Of a DNA stretch of 64,000 nucleotides, positions 24,435-38,930 are shown piece after piece. Below the pieces are notes generated by a model. That model was not told where the DNA came from, searched no databases, and saw only the letters and a list, made by a program, of their open reading frames with translations. Each line of letters opens with the position of its first letter. Positions within the stretch are counted from its first letter, which is position 1. A program made the translations under genes and the position numbers. The DNA is from Lama guanicoe. Lineage: Eukaryota. The DNA is taken from NCBI GenBank assembly GCA_013239625.1, contig MU053487.1, positions 2,315,058 through 2,379,057 of the forward strand. Reading direction: 5' to 3'.

Positions 24435-26304
24435 CTGGCTGAGTGAACACTGAATTCAGTTCCCCTAAATGGCATCCATAAGATACTCCTGTATTTCTCT
24501 ACTCACTCTCTTGTTTCCCTTCAAGCCAGTGTGGTTTCCTACAACCTGAAAGCCCTGTCAAACACATTATGGGACCCTTCCCATATAACCATCACTCCCT
24601 TCACTCATCATACACCTGGCCTCAGGGAAGACATCAAAGACTGGACTGACACAAGTTCCTTCCCGGGAATGTGGAATTGGCACATGGGGAGACTGGGTCA
24701 GGTCAATGGCCCTGGAGTGGGGTTGTGATGGGGAGACGGGGAGGTGTGCAAGGCTGGCTGTAAAGGGATAGGAAAGATGCAGAGAAGGGAACTGACAAGG
24801 GTGGTTCTGACAGACATCTTCCCCCTTCCCATTAGCCAAAACGAAATGGCAAACATTTGGGGGCAATGAAATGTTTTGATTGTGGTGAGTTTCATGCATT
24901 TGTCAAAACTGATCAAAATTTAAGTACGTGCAGTTCATTGTACTTCACTGTACATCAGTAAAGTTGTAAAAACAAATGTGGAAACTGCTTAAGTTGAATC
25001 GTTTCTGTTATTTTATAATAACCAATAAAGTTCCAATGATGGCACAGCACTTAAGGAGGCCCTTTGTTATGACTGCTATTTTGGACTGTGCTTAATATCA
25101 GCACTTTTTTATTTATCCCAATGCCTTCTCACCCCTCTTCACCCCTCTCAGCCCTCACCTATCCCCCCTCATGGAAGTGAACATGTAATAATAAATAGTA
25201 AATTGTAATACCGTAACCAAGTTGGTGAGCTCTAATAATCACTAGAACTAAAATGCAAGACCTTACATATTTCTTGAATTTATCAAGAAGCTTTTACATT
25301 TTAGTCTTCTCTAAATTCCTTCCAGGAGTTAAACATTGTAAATTATTTTACCCGGATTATTTTAATCATAGGGCGTATCTGCCTCTATTCTCTACAGAAC
25401 TAGTAACTGATAACGTAAGCCAGTGTTATGGCTTGTTAAAGTTACCCACGTAGACTGCAACCGCTTTTAAGACAGGATCAACTCATGTATCTTGAATCCC
25501 CAATTTACCAGCAGTGTCTAGTGCAGAGCAGAGCAAGCAGGGGGAGGGGAAGGGATAAAGGGTAAGATGTAAGATGGAGTAGGATGAAAAAGGACCTGAG
25601 TGGGTAAAGACCATGCAAGGCCTTGCTTAACGACCCATAACGATCCATAACGACCTTGGATCTCATTCTAATGGTGATACTAAGCCACTGGAGGATTTTC
25701 AGCAGAGGACTGGCATGGTCTGATTTATATTTCAAATAAGGATCACTCTGGTTGCTGTGTGAATAATTATGAAGGAAGTATGGAAGCAGGGGGTATACCA
25801 GAGAGTACCAAGAGAAATGGGTGCATATGTTCACTGACAGATACTGAAATGTTTACTGCCACTTTATTTGTAATAACCACAAATTGGAAACAACCAAAAT
25901 TTCCATCAACAGGAGAATGGGTTATTAAGTTGTGGTATAAATCATACAACAGACTACTACACAGAAGTAAAAAATGAACTGCTGCAACAGGCAACAACAC
26001 GGATAACCCACAGACACAAAGTGAACAGAAGAGTACATATAATTACTACATTTACACGAATCTTTAGAACAGACAGAAGTAATCCACGGTGATAAAGGTC
26101 AGAATAATGGTTATGTGTGTGGGAGGGGGGCATAGGGCACCTACTGGGGGTTAGAAATGTTCCGTCTTGACCTGGGTGATGGGTTCAAGGGTGTATATAA
26201 AAATCCACTGAGGTGTACACTTAGTATCTACCTTTTACTGAATGTAAGTTTCACCTCAATAAAAAAGAAAAAATATTTTGAGAGAAATTCTATAGAGACA
26301 TACA

Positions 26305-26865
26305 GCTGTGTTTTAAATGGTTGTAATTGTCTTCAAAGTATTTCTGGGTCTCCTCCAATCCAAGGAAGGATTACTTGTTCCTCCATGAACTTTGGTGTGG
26401 ACGTGTGATTTGCTTCGGCCAATTAAAGTGCTTTAAGGACCTGTAAGTGATTTGTGATACTTTTTTCATTTACCAAAATGAGCAGCCATATCTTGGATGA
26501 TACCTCTTGGTCAGCCTAAGTCTCAGAATCAGGACAACTTAGAGCAGACAGCATCTTCCATAAAGGTCACACATCAAATATTTTAGACTTTGTAGGCCAG
26601 AGACTCTCTTCACAACAACTCTGCCCCTGTAGAACAAAAGCAGCCAAAAACAATACAGAAACAAACGGGCGAGGCCATCTTCCAATAAAACTTTATTTAC
26701 AGAAACAGGCAGCAGGACAGACTTTGTCCCTAGGCCATAGTTCATCAACCCCAGACTTAGAGCAAAGGCCCTAGCCAAGCTGCATGACAAAGGTTGTGTG
26801 AGACACTGAGATTTTGGTGGTTCTTACTGCATGGCAACCAAGTCCATTCTGATACAGAAATTGCT
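26305..26865 (+). mobile_element. Old MaLR (MLT1) LTR with a nested MER58-like hAT MITE (~26550-26752)
   Basis: MLT1-like cactgagattttggtggttcttactgcatggc; MER58-like aaatattttagactttgtaggcca...ccaataaaactttatttacagaaacaggc. Confidence 0.6.
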
Positions 26866-28174
26866 TCTGTTTTCAAAAAAACCTAGCGTACTGAACATTC
26901 ACTTAGTTGGCAGGCATTCAGGAAACTGCTACTGCAAGATGGAGGAAATAACTTATGCAGGGGCAATGCATGTTACAGAGTGGTCAGACTGTCCCTTGAG
27001 AAAATCTGGAAGGCAGAATATCTATCCTTTATCAGAGAAAAAGAAAAACAAGGAAAAAAAATTTTTTTTTGGTTACTGTCAGCCCCATTTGACAAAATAC
27101 ATAGGAAAGAGATGAACTCAGAAAAGAATTCATCAGTTTGCCAGCAGAAATACAAGGGAATAAAGAGAGTTCACAAACTCAAGTATTACTGGGTAGGAAG
27201 AAGCTGCTTCTCAACTAGAAAGAGATGAAAACAAGAAATCCTTTACTCCAAAGGTTGATTAAAACCCAGACTTGCAGCAAGGATCAAATCACTGGATGAC
27301 TATCACACCTGTTGTTTAAGATCTCTGAACGAGTGAATGGGCCTCAGACTCAAAGTCCAACTAAGAGTGTTAACGCTGGTGACTTCCTTAAATTGGAAAA
27401 AATGGCTCTCCCACAAAGCCCGAAAGCCCAAGCTACCCTAGAAACTGAGTTCAGAGAGGCATGTGAACCAGAAAGCAAAGAGATACAGCAAATCTAGGAA
27501 TTTACATATTGTCTAGGTGTTACTTTTGTTTTACCTTCCTTGTGGAGGTGATGGCATTCTGCAGGTAGGAAAGCAAGTGAACTGAGTATCTAGTGACCAG
27601 AAGGGCTGAGTCATTCTTCTAATAATATTTTGTTAAATTTACTTACTTTAAAATCCCAGAAGAGCCAGAAATCATCTGTAAAGGAAAATAGCAAGTAAAT
27701 AGTACGCCATTTTCTCCTAGGGTTGATGCTTACTAAAGCCAAACAGAAATTAACTCTTACGTAGCATTATCTTTTTCTGAACCTGAATGCCAAGTTTTTC
27801 GATTACTGAAGTACTGTTTTAGTCAACTAAATAGCTAGCTGTCCAATCTTTCTCATCCAGGTTCCTTTGCCAGATTTTTTTTTTAATTAAGACTTCTACA
27901 TCAAGTAACTAAAGACAATATAACATCACGGATTTATGTTGCGTATACCCGACTTTACGACTTACGTTTATTAGGGCAAATTGCAAGCTAGCCACATGCC
28001 AAACACTGAGCTAAATTCTACGAATACAATTCCATAGCCACAAAGAACTTAGTTTCATTTCTTAATTTGTAATATGTGGGTAACAATTACCCAGCAAGCA
28101 GTTTACAGCAGGACCACTGTGAAGGTCAAATGAGACTATGAGAGGGCTTCAAAGATCGTAAAACGCTGCACTAG

Positions 28175-29150
28175 TATTTATTCATCCAAACATTTACTGA
28201 AATGTCAGGCATTGTGCTAAGCACTAGATAGAGCAGTGAGCAAGGCATATTGTCCCTGCCCTTATAAAGCTTACAGCCTAGCAGTGATCAGTAAGAAGGA
28301 ACAATAAAGTGTGCCTAGTCTATAGCTGAGGAAGAAGAGGCTATTTAGGGAGTGCACAGTAGGGGCACCTAGTTAGAGGGTGTGCATCAAGGCATATAAA
28401 CTGAAACCTGAAAGATGAACAGAAATTGTACGTTAATCTAAGAGCAATGGTGAAAGCAGGGGAGTGATCCGATCAGATACATCTTTTGCAACAACCTGGC
28501 TGCAGTGTGGAAAGGGATCAAAACCAGAGAAAGGGAGACTAACGAGGAGGCTTGAAGTAGGCTGATGGCCTGAATTAGGACAGAAGTACTGGAGAATTGA
28601 GAAAAATTTAGGCAGTAGACTTAACAGAAAGGTTTTTGTGAGTGGATGTCATGGATGAAGAGAGAAAAGCTATGGATAACTCGGTTTGGCGCTTGGGCCA
28701 GGGCCCCTGAACGGCTGGTAGTGGTGGTGCCATTTACTGAAAGCGGGATCATGAAACCAGGAACAGGTTTGGGGACAAGATCAATGCCATAGAGCGGTGC
28801 CTATGAGACAGCAAAGCGGACTTAAGTTAGCAGTGAGATATACAAATTAGGAAAGGTCTAGAAAGGAGGTATGAATTTGGGAGTCATTTTCATAGAGCTG
28901 GCAACTGAAGCTGTGAAAGGAAATGAGATTGGCTAAGGAGATGACATAGAATAAGAGCTTAAAACAAAACATAAAAATCCCAAGGATACAGATATTTAAG
29001 AGAAAGAGATGCCCGCAAAGAAGACCAAGAAAACATACTTGGAGATGGGATCTCCCTGAAGCCAAACTAAATAAGTACTTCAAGGAGGGTGGCCAGTGGT
29101 GTCAGAGAGGGTAGGAATATTGACAAGGACTTAGTGAGCTTGGTAGAGCA
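28175..29150 (-). mobile_element. L2 LINE remnant
   Basis: ttcatccaaacatttactga..tgtcaggcattgtgctaagcact, tgtccctgcccttataaagcttacagcctag are typical of antisense L2. Confidence 0.65.
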
Positions 29151-30039
29151 GTCTGAGTGGCAATACAGGAGAGTGGGGATACAGACAAATCTTTTAAGAA
29201 AACTACTAGGAATGGGAGATATAGGGACATACGAGTTTTCAAAAAATAGTACTTATTTTAAATGTATTCACTGATACAATAGGACGAGTAACAACTACTT
29301 TACAAAAAGAAGTTTTTTAAGACTGCCATGCAGTTACAGAATTACTTAGTACAGAAAACAGTAAAATACACACTTTTTTCTCCTTTTTTTTTTTTAAAAC
29401 AACAAGACTAGTTTATAGCAAATTCTCTATTGTCCAAGATGAATTTTAAATCCTTGGCTTACATCTGTCCCACATTCAGCAACTAGTGTCTATATGGTGC
29501 CAACTAATTTTATTACTACCTTAAGCAAAATATATAGTAGAACTTCACAAAATGTACAAGGCCTCAGTATTTGAGGACCTGGGGTCAGAAAGCAGAAACA
29601 GCTTTCAGTCATTCTTTCAATAAAGCACTTGCCACGGAACAATACTCCAAACTCTTGGGAAATCACCGGTAGATTTTCTGTTGCTGTTTGGCTATTTTTT
29701 CACTATGGTCTTTCCAGATATTTAAGCTTACTCCCTTTAACCAAAATCTCAACTTGACCATTCTTGTTAAAGATTTTATTTATACAGAATACTTGCTTTT
29801 CTGCCTTAAACTAATTATGCAAAATAGAACATAGCCCTTTCATCTGATTCAATACCGACTGCTGACTTACACATGCTATTGTGAGCTACCAGAACCTATC
29901 ATGGCCTTTACTGCATCCTACCAGCCAAACTTGGAATGCTAGAATTAAGTCTCCCCATCAAGTACCGTCAGTTTTGCCCAACTTGCCCATCCAGTTTTGC
30001 TTCTACCAGTAATTTGCCCTGTCCCTCGAAATAAGATGA

Positions 30040-30232
30040 TCCACACTAAGGATCTACCGGCACTTTGGGAGGGGTAATTCACTGTGCCATGATGTCCTCT
30101 GCACTGCTGGGGAGAGGGCAGGTCCTTCACACTTACAGAACCCCCAAATAAATGTGACAACCGAAAGAGTCCCCTTTATGTTCCCTGATGTCCTCTGGAA
30201 GGAGGAGATACTGCCTCTGGCTGAGAACCACT
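30040..30232. mobile_element. MER20-like hAT MITE, probably within the EPM2AIP1 3' UTR
   Basis: gatgtcctctggaagg...ctggctgagaaccactg terminus. Confidence 0.5.
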
Positions 30233-31659
30233 GGCACAATTTTGTTTCTTGGGCTCTTATGGCATCTATTTTGATTGCTCAGGTTTTAGTTCCTTCTAAA
30301 TTCTTGCTTGTATCCTGGTTACTTGAATTTGCTGAATTAGTGAGCATAGAAACGTGTCACAGTAGTTAAGACAGGACTTGAGCGCTAGTTTTCAAACTGT
30401 ACTTGAGAGGATCTCTAAGCTGGGTCCTGCTTTTAAATCATTTCACGTATTTGTCTTGACTGTAAGATTTCCTTTTCATGGTTAACATAAGCTTGAAAAT
30501 TACTGCTTTAGCACAAAGATGTCTCACTAGAAATATGGAAGTGCTACAACCTGTGAATAAAGCAGCTTCTCAAGAGTTAAACACTTCCATGTGCGCACTG
30601 TCTTAAATACACAATTTGCGGGACAGTTTCAAATTCTATAATGGATCTGTTTTCAGTGGCAAACAAAATTTGGTACCATATGACTTTAAAATGAAGGCTT
30701 TCCTTTAAGCAGGATTTCTTTATACAGCTCTAACACCCATGCAGATAGGACAAACAAGGTAAAATACCTCATACCTCCTGATCCTGGAAGGTAAACATCT
30801 TTTTTTCCTCATCCTTTCTGACAGGACCAAACTTCTGTCTAAAGTAGAAACAAGAACTACTAATGGGCAACCCCTAAGGGTCTATACTTACCGTAGTCCT
30901 TTGGTAGGCAAGCTGATAAAACAGCACCCAACTGTGAAAAATTCAGGGGAAACCTCCAATAATTGGTTAGGCTGATCTCCAAACTGCAGGAAGCCTCCTT
31001 AACCAGCAATTTAAAAATAATTCTTGCTCCTCTGACTAAAATGTTATTTGATTATTTTCTCTATTAGTAATGTCGTTATCACTAGGGCAGGTGAGGGGGA
31101 AGTGAGAGGGAGGAAATACGTCAATATTTACTTCAGACTCAGAAATATGTCTAAAAAAATAGTCTCAAACACTTTGATAGTTAGACAAAGTACCTCCACT
31201 GTATGAAAGGTCTTCCTTCTCAGAAACTTCTGCGCTTGCTAATGAGTTTCTGCAGGCTGGCTTGAACATACATTTAAGGACTGGATCATTTCAGACTATA
31301 TGCATCAGAATTTTAACACTGTTAAAACAAGAGCAAAAATTTCTTCGGAACATCTTAAAAGCAGACTTCTAATTCAACTCACATTACTAGTAGTACACTT
31401 CTTTGAAAACAATTATATCATAAAAGCAAAGGATAATGACTTTGCCATTGAATTAAGTTTTTTAAAAAGTGTCTGCATGTTTCAGTCCCATGCTGCCTCT
31501 TGAGATGAAAAAAAATTTGTCTGAAGAATTTGACTTGTGATCAATTTGGATGAATAAATGTGGTGCTTTCTCACAATCCAAATTAATGAACATGAAAATC
31601 AAACTCTTGCTTTTAGAACTGGATTTCTGTTGAGTGTTTCAATGTTGTACTACAAAAGT

Positions 31660-33486
31660 TCATGGATTTGGTTCATTTCTTCCTCTCACAAGATCATCCC
31701 AACGCGGTTCTATTTCAGTGGTGGCAATTCTAAACAGGGCGTGAAGTTGTTCGTCTGTCAACGGCTGGCTCAAAGTGTGCTGGTTTCGAGTTAAATACGA
31801 AAAAGCCTTTTCACAGATTTCGCTACTATCAAACAAGGATGCCACCTTACAGGCAACCCCTTTGATAATTGGGTAAGATTCAGCAGACAATCCAGCATAG
31901 AACTGCCCCAAGTCTTTGGTTCTGTATTCGTTCCAAAGGTTAGTATTCGCCTGAAGTTTCGTTAGCTCCACCTTTACTGAAATAGGTGCATACTCAGTTT
32001 TAAAGCTAAATGGATTTGCAAAAAGCTCTAAGTCCTTTTTAATGAACTTGAGGTCTTTGAAATGTCTCTCAAACTCTTTTTGGAGGCGACAGATCACCAC
32101 CTGATACCTACTAGGTTCAAATATTTTTTCATCTTCTTTAAGATGCTCTTTAAGCTCATCAGTAACTTCTCTCAAGGCGGCAAAGTGTGTTAGATTGTTT
32201 TCCTCAATATGCCTCTGAAGTAAATTCAGCTTAACTTCAAAGGTACAAATATGGTCAAAGGCAGCAGCAGCAAAGACCTTACTAACTCTCAACAGTACAC
32301 TGAGTTCTCGAAGGTGGTCCATAATATCCACCAAGAAGCCAAAATCACAAAGCCACTGCTTGTCTGTGAAGTGGATCGTGGTCGCCCCTATTGAAACCAA
32401 GAATGTTTTTATCTCTTTTCTTAAGGAAAATATTAGTTTTAAAGTTTTCCCTCTTCTAAGCCAATTGTTCAGGCAGCGTCCATTAACCCTTTCACCGTGC
32501 TCTGATTCAGACTCGGTTAGTAAAGCCTGAAATTCCGGTCGCCTAACGCCTCTGGTCTTAATCAAAACTATCCATTCAGATACGGCATTTATGACCTGAT
32601 TAACATCCAAATCGTAGGAGCTCAACAGTTCCAAGTGAAGAAATCCTGAATAATGGATAACATTCCAACAGTTGGGGCTCACAGCCTTTTCTCTCATGTA
32701 TGACACCAGTCCTGAGTTCTCACCAATCATCCTCAGAGTGTGAGTCGTGGTCAGTCCAACCATCCGCTGCAAGCTAAGCCCTGCCGTCTGCAGGGCCTCA
32801 AGGATTGCCGCCATGAGGGCACCAACACTGAAATAATGAGTCAGGTTGATTATGGTCAGAAGCTCTTCCTGCACCACCAAATCGTGGCCCACGCCGCGGA
32901 CAAAGACCAGGAGGTAGTTCTCATAGGCCACAAAAGCCTGGTCGTCCAAGGCAAGGGAAAAGGCTTTAAAGTCTTTAGCCCGGTTAAAAAGCTGACTGCG
33001 TAGATTCTCGTGAATGTCCAGGACCCTTTGCCGCGTGATCTCCGGGGATAAATCAACGCCATTCAGAACGCTTACGTGATCTGGCAGTACGTCTCTCAGC
33101 ATCACCTCCATGCACCGGTACACAAAGTCCCCCTCACCCCAGCCGCTACCCTTCAAGGCCAGGAGGCGGGCGACCACGAGGCCTGCACGAGCAGCTCTCT
33201 CCTCGGGAGTGAGCGGGGCGGCCTCGGGCAAGTCGCCCCGACGCAGACGCTCCACCAGGGCTTCGCGCTCGCCCTCCGACACATACCGCTCGTAGTAGCC
33301 GTGCTCGGCCTCGTAGTGCTGCCTGACGTCGGGTTCGCTGGCAGCGACGACAACGCGGCGACAGACCAGGCACAGGGCGCCTTCACCCTCCGGAGGCTCC
33401 ACCACCAGGTATCGCTGGGTCCACTCGGACCGGAACCCTCGAGACTCGTCGACTTCCATTTTGCTCCTCTTGGGCGTCATCCACAT
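31660..33486 (-). CDS. EPM2AIP1: EPM2A (laforin)-interacting protein 1; intronless, derived from a hAT/Buster transposase
   Basis: 608-aa uninterrupted ORF starting [19 protein letters not shown]...H motif, [24 protein letters not shown]; head-to-head with MLH1. Confidence 0.97.
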   Translation of the reverse strand: MWMTPKRSKMEVDESRGFRSEWTQRYLVVEPPEGEGALCLVCRRVVVAASEPDVRQHYEAEHGYYERYVSEGEREALVERLRRGDLPEAAPLTPEERAARAGLVVARLLALKGSGWGEGDFVYRCMEVMLRDVLPDHVSVLNGVDLSPEITRQRVLDIHENLRSQLFNRAKDFKAFSLALDDQAFVAYENYLLVFVRGVGHDLVVQEELLTIINLTHYFSVGALMAAILEALQTAGLSLQRMVGLTTTHTLRMIGENSGLVSYMREKAVSPNCWNVIHYSGFLHLELLSSYDLDVNQVINAVSEWIVLIKTRGVRRPEFQALLTESESEHGERVNGRCLNNWLRRGKTLKLIFSLRKEIKTFLVSIGATTIHFTDKQWLCDFGFLVDIMDHLRELSVLLRVSKVFAAAAFDHICTFEVKLNLLQRHIEENNLTHFAALREVTDELKEHLKEDEKIFEPSRYQVVICRLQKEFERHFKDLKFIKKDLELFANPFSFKTEYAPISVKVELTKLQANTNLWNEYRTKDLGQFYAGLSAESYPIIKGVACKVASLFDSSEICEKAFSYLTRNQHTLSQPLTDEQLHALFRIATTEIEPRWDDLVRGRNEPNP

Positions 33487-33975
33487 TTTACGAGGGGCCG
33501 CAGGAGCTGGGCCGACCTCGGCGAGGCCGTGAGGAGAGGGGAGGAGCAGGAGCGAGCCGCAAGCGCCTCCTCCGCTCTGCGCCAGATCACCTCAGCGCGG
33601 CACACCAACCTCCAGCTCCTGTGCCTCGGTCCCTATTGGCTGGAGATTTCGTTTTCCTCAGGCATGAGCCAATAGGAAGAGAGGACAGAGCTTTCTAGCG
33701 CGCAGACGCACATCCTTCCAGCTACTTGGTGGACCGAAGCCGCGTTAGGGAGGGACAAAGAGACCCGGAACCTACGGACTTTAGAAACTTGACTGGCATT
33801 CAAGCTGCCCAGTCAGTAGCAAGCGCTGGTTCGGCAGTGGCTCTCCCTCTGGAGGGTGGGTTAAAACCGAGTCAGCTGCGTTGATGGAGGGACGTAAGCA
33901 GGAAGCCCTAAGGTGATTGGCTGAGGGCACTTCCGGCGGTCATCTCGCGGTAACCTGGGCTCCACTGGCGCCAAA
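33487..33975. promoter_or_regulatory. EPM2AIP1/MLH1 bidirectional CpG-island promoter and 5' UTRs
   Basis: 489 nt between the divergent ATGs; CCAAT boxes at 33635-33639 (-), 33669-33673 (+) and 33916-33920 (-); ETS/GABP-like CACTTCCGG at 33928-33936; CpG island spans ~32850-34300. Confidence 0.92.
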
Positions 33976-34091
33976 ATGTCGCTTGTAGCGGGAGTTATCC
34001 GGCGGCTGGACGAGACAGTGGTGAATCGAATCGCGGCAGGGGAAGTTATCCAGCGGCCGGCTAATGCCATCAAGGAAATGATTGAGAACTG
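33976..34091 (+). CDS. MLH1: MLH1 exon 1 (116 nt coding)
   Basis: [38 protein letters not shown](C); donor TG|gtacga. Confidence 0.97.
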
Positions 34092-35889
34092 GTACGAAAG
34101 GAGTCGCGCTGGGCTTCCTTAGAGGCCAGGATTTAACGGGCCGCTGCTCTGCAGGGTGCGGACACGCCTCCCTGCCCTGAGCGGAGGCGTGTACGGCGCA
34201 TACTCACGGCAGCGGAGGCCGGGGGTCCTCTCTTCTCTCTTCTCGGGTTCCGTGTTCTCGATTGCCCTCGCGAGATTTTAGGGTTGTTGGCGCAAATAGA
34301 GGGCTGCACATTGTTGTTTTAACGATGCAGTTAGGAGAGATACTTTCAAAATTATACATACAGAAGGTGCATATTTTTAAATGTGTAAACATTTTATGTA
34401 TTTAAAAAGGGAAAACAACTCCCCTCATCATTCACAGGGGACTGACTGTGTGTTATTAGTTGCTTGCTTATTCCAGAAGTCATCCATATACATTCAAAAT
34501 ATACATACACATTTTGAGTTTTTTCCTAAGTGAATTGTCAGCATTTTAGGACAAGACGATGGACTTGTGATTCAGCTTGCGATCTTGATTGCCAAGTTAG
34601 TGACCTCATTTCGTGTTTTCCTGCCCTTTACTTTTTGTGGGGACACTTAGAAGATACCTGATTTTTATGAGGGTGTTTCGTGAATTCTGAAGTTTAGAAT
34701 TGTCCCACAAACATTGTGGAGGAACGAGGTGAAAAACGTGGAAAGAAAGATGGCTGTAAACTATAAACTTCAAAAAGGACAGATTCTCATAATGTGCCTA
34801 AACATTGTCAGATCCTTTGTAGTAAAATCCATTGATGCTAATAAAATCTATAAGTTAAAAGAAAAAAATATGCCCCAGCGAAGAATGGTAGATTTGACAG
34901 TGGTTCAGAAAGGACCACTGAAAGGAAGAAAGAGAATTAGAAGGAAGCCAAAGAACCTGGGAGTGATTTCTTCTTTTGACTTGATATACATAGTTCGCAA
35001 AGGCTGGCTTTTGTTTCTGCAATGTTAGAATTAACTGACAGAACAATTTGGGTCTATTATTGTACTGTGCCGAAATACTGTACAACAGAACTACACACAT
35101 TAGCTCAGTGGCTTATAACTCTAGGCAGAGATTTTGTATGGGGTCCAGTTACGCTTTTTTAAATATGGAAGTCAAGATAACTAAGGACAACTTCAATTCA
35201 GGGGCTCTGGAGACAGGTATTTAATATTTCAGTAACATAACCTTACTTCTGTATAAAGGATTTTCTGTGTAAGGAGGAGTTAACTTCTCTTTCTCACAGA
35301 GCCCCAGGCTGGATTTATTTTCTCGAGCTCTATAGGTGCCCTGTGCTCCTGGGTTACTCTTTGAAGGTATAAAAGGTGTATTTGGCTTCTTAAAGCACTT
35401 TCTGCCAGTTTTTATTTCCCCCAACATAAATACATTTGCTTAAAGAGAATAGTAGAAAAAAATGTAGAATTTTAAAATAACATTCTATAAGGGTCATTTA
35501 GGAACCTGAGGCTGAATAAAGTTTGAGTAACAGATGGTAGGATTAGTTGAGAAGCAGATAAGAAAGAAGCATGTGCTAAAAGGTCCCACTACTAACTTCC
35601 CTTCCTTTCTTTCCTAGAGAAACCAACATGGTGCTGAATGTCTTATTGGAAATGATGGTTGCCCCCTCTGGCCCTCTCTTCCTTCTCCTCCTGTCACAAC
35701 ACGTCACCTGATAACAATGTAGTCACAGAGCCTGTAAAAGAAAGGAAAAACACATTAAATTTATCTGGAATTTGTTCTTATCTCTTGGCTTATATTAAAA
35801 TCTGTGCATTAGAAGGGGAGGAGGGTAAGAAAAATAAAATATGTGCATTAGAGTAGTTGTAGACTACTAAATTATTAATTTTTGTTTGA

Positions 35890-36915
<1,026 letters not shown>

Positions 36916-36919
36916 TCAC

Positions 36920-37685
36920 ATGAAGAGATGCTCAACATGACAAGTCATTGGGGAAATATGAGACATCACTTGATATCCATTAGGATGGCTGTTATAATTA
37001 ATTAATTAATTAATTAATAAAAACAAATATTGGCAAGGATGTTGAGAAATTGGAACCCTGTATGTTGCTGGTGGGAATATAAAATAGTGCAGCCACTGTG
37101 GAAAATGGTATACTGATTCCTCACAAAATTAAGCAATTCCTGTATGATTGCAATTCCACTTCTGGATACACACCCAAAAGAGTTGGAAGCCGAGTGTTGA
37201 AGAGATTTGTACACCCACGTTCATAGCAACATATTCATAATAGCCAAGAGGTGAAAGCAACCCAAGTATCAACAGATGAACGGATAAACAAAATGTGCTG
37301 GATACATACAGTGGAATGTTAGCGTTACAAAGGAGTGAAATTCTGACCCATGCTACCACATGGACAAATCTTGAAGACATTACGCTAAGTGAAATTAGCC
37401 CATCACAAAGGACAGTACTGTATGATGCCACTTATATGAAGCACCTAGGGTAGTTAAATTCGTAGAATGAGAGAGTAGAATGGTGGTTGCCATGGGCTTA
37501 GGGAGGGGAAAAATGGAGAGCTTTTGTTTAACTGGTACATTTTCAGTTTGGGGATGAAAGAGTTCTGGACATGGATATTGGTGGTTGCACGACAGTGTGG
37601 ATATACTTCATGCCACAGAGCTGTACACTTAAAGATGGTTAAGGTGGTAAATTTGGCTACATGTATTTTACTACAATTCAACATA
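36920..37685 (+). mobile_element. L1 ORF2 3' end and 3' UTR
   Basis: gagatgctcaacatgacaagtcatt..., ttggcaaggatgttgagaaattggaaccc, cacccacgttcatagcaac. Confidence 0.8.
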
Positions 37686-38058
37686 TCTATAAAATGTATC
37701 TATAGATTTTTAATAAAGAAGTTTTCTAATACAGTAATAATTTTTGTAAACTCTCTGAGACTGGATGGATCATCAAGAGAGTGGGTATAAGCAGAGCAGA
37801 GGTCCGGGGACAGAGATGTGGGTCATCCACTGTCAGGGGAGATGAGAGAAGCAGCAAACGAGACTGAGGAACCAGGCGAGCGAGAAGGACGAGGGGAGGA
37901 GGACGGGGCGCCAGGGCCACGTGGGCTTCTGGATCCTGCTGATCTAGAACTCTTCCCTTAAAAGGGTTTTCTTCCTGGATTCAGTCAAGAAAAGGGTAAT
38001 TCAGAAATATTTGGGAAAATTATGAAAACATAATTACTCATTTTTCTGTACTTTTTAG

Positions 38059-38163
<105 letters not shown>

Positions 38164-38761
38164 TGAGGATTAAAGAGACTTGGAAAACATCCTCCTGTGA
38201 TGGTGGTTCTGCCATTTGTCAGCTTGTTTCTCAGCAGGTCAACCAGACATGATACTTTTTAATTGGTAAATACAAGCAAATGAGAACGGACTTAAATTCA
38301 GTGTGCCAAAACTGAGAATTGTTCATAAATACTTTATACACCATAAACTAGATACAGAGACACCCCCCCACATCTCTTGATGGAGAAAGGCAGCACCACC
38401 TACCAAGTTTTCTTGTCCAAAACTCAGATGTGAATCTGATCAATACTTAGATCTAAGTACCAGTACAGAGAAGATACAGGGGACAAGGGAGCATGGTAAA
38501 TGGTCCTGAGACTGGGAAACCACATGAGAAAAGACTTGTTTCCTTCAACAGGTAAACTGCAGAAGAAAAACATAGAGAAGGGAGCAAGAACCTGTGGCTT
38601 AAAAAGAATTTAAGAGACATATTAACCAGCTCCAATGTACGGCTCTTACTCGGATCCTGATTTGTGCCAACTGTAACGTTTTTTGAGACAGATATTTGAC
38701 ACAGATTGGTTATCTGATGGTATTAAGGAGAAATTATTATCTCGGTATAAAAATAGCGTCA

Positions 38762-38872
38762 ATTTTGTTGTTGTTGTTGTTGTTGTTTTGAAACAGGGGT
38801 ACTGGGGATTGAACCCAGGACCTCATGCATGCTAAGTATGCGCTCTACCACTGAGCTATACCCACCCCTCTC
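38762..38872 (-). mobile_element. tRNA-derived SINE with (CAA)n tail; its 5' half is duplicated
   Basis: Reverse-complement A and B boxes; adjacent 53-bp tandem duplication and (GCTT)n/(TTTC)n to ~39000. Confidence 0.85.
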
Positions 38873-38930
38873 ATGGTTTGCTTGCTAAGTATGCGCTCTA
38901 CCACTGAGCTATACCCACCCCTCTCATGGT

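Noticed and set aside
29384..29417. T12 tract with TTTATA nearby as a relic poly(A) tail of a retroposed EPM2AIP1
   Set aside because: No TSD; the intronless structure is already explained by DNA-transposon origin; several other AATAAA candidates exist (29509, 29775, 27967), so the 3' end cannot be fixed from sequence alone.
33076..33675. 199-aa ORF antisense to EPM2AIP1
   Set aside because: Shadow ORF of a GC-rich coding strand, with a GTG start and no recognisable motif.
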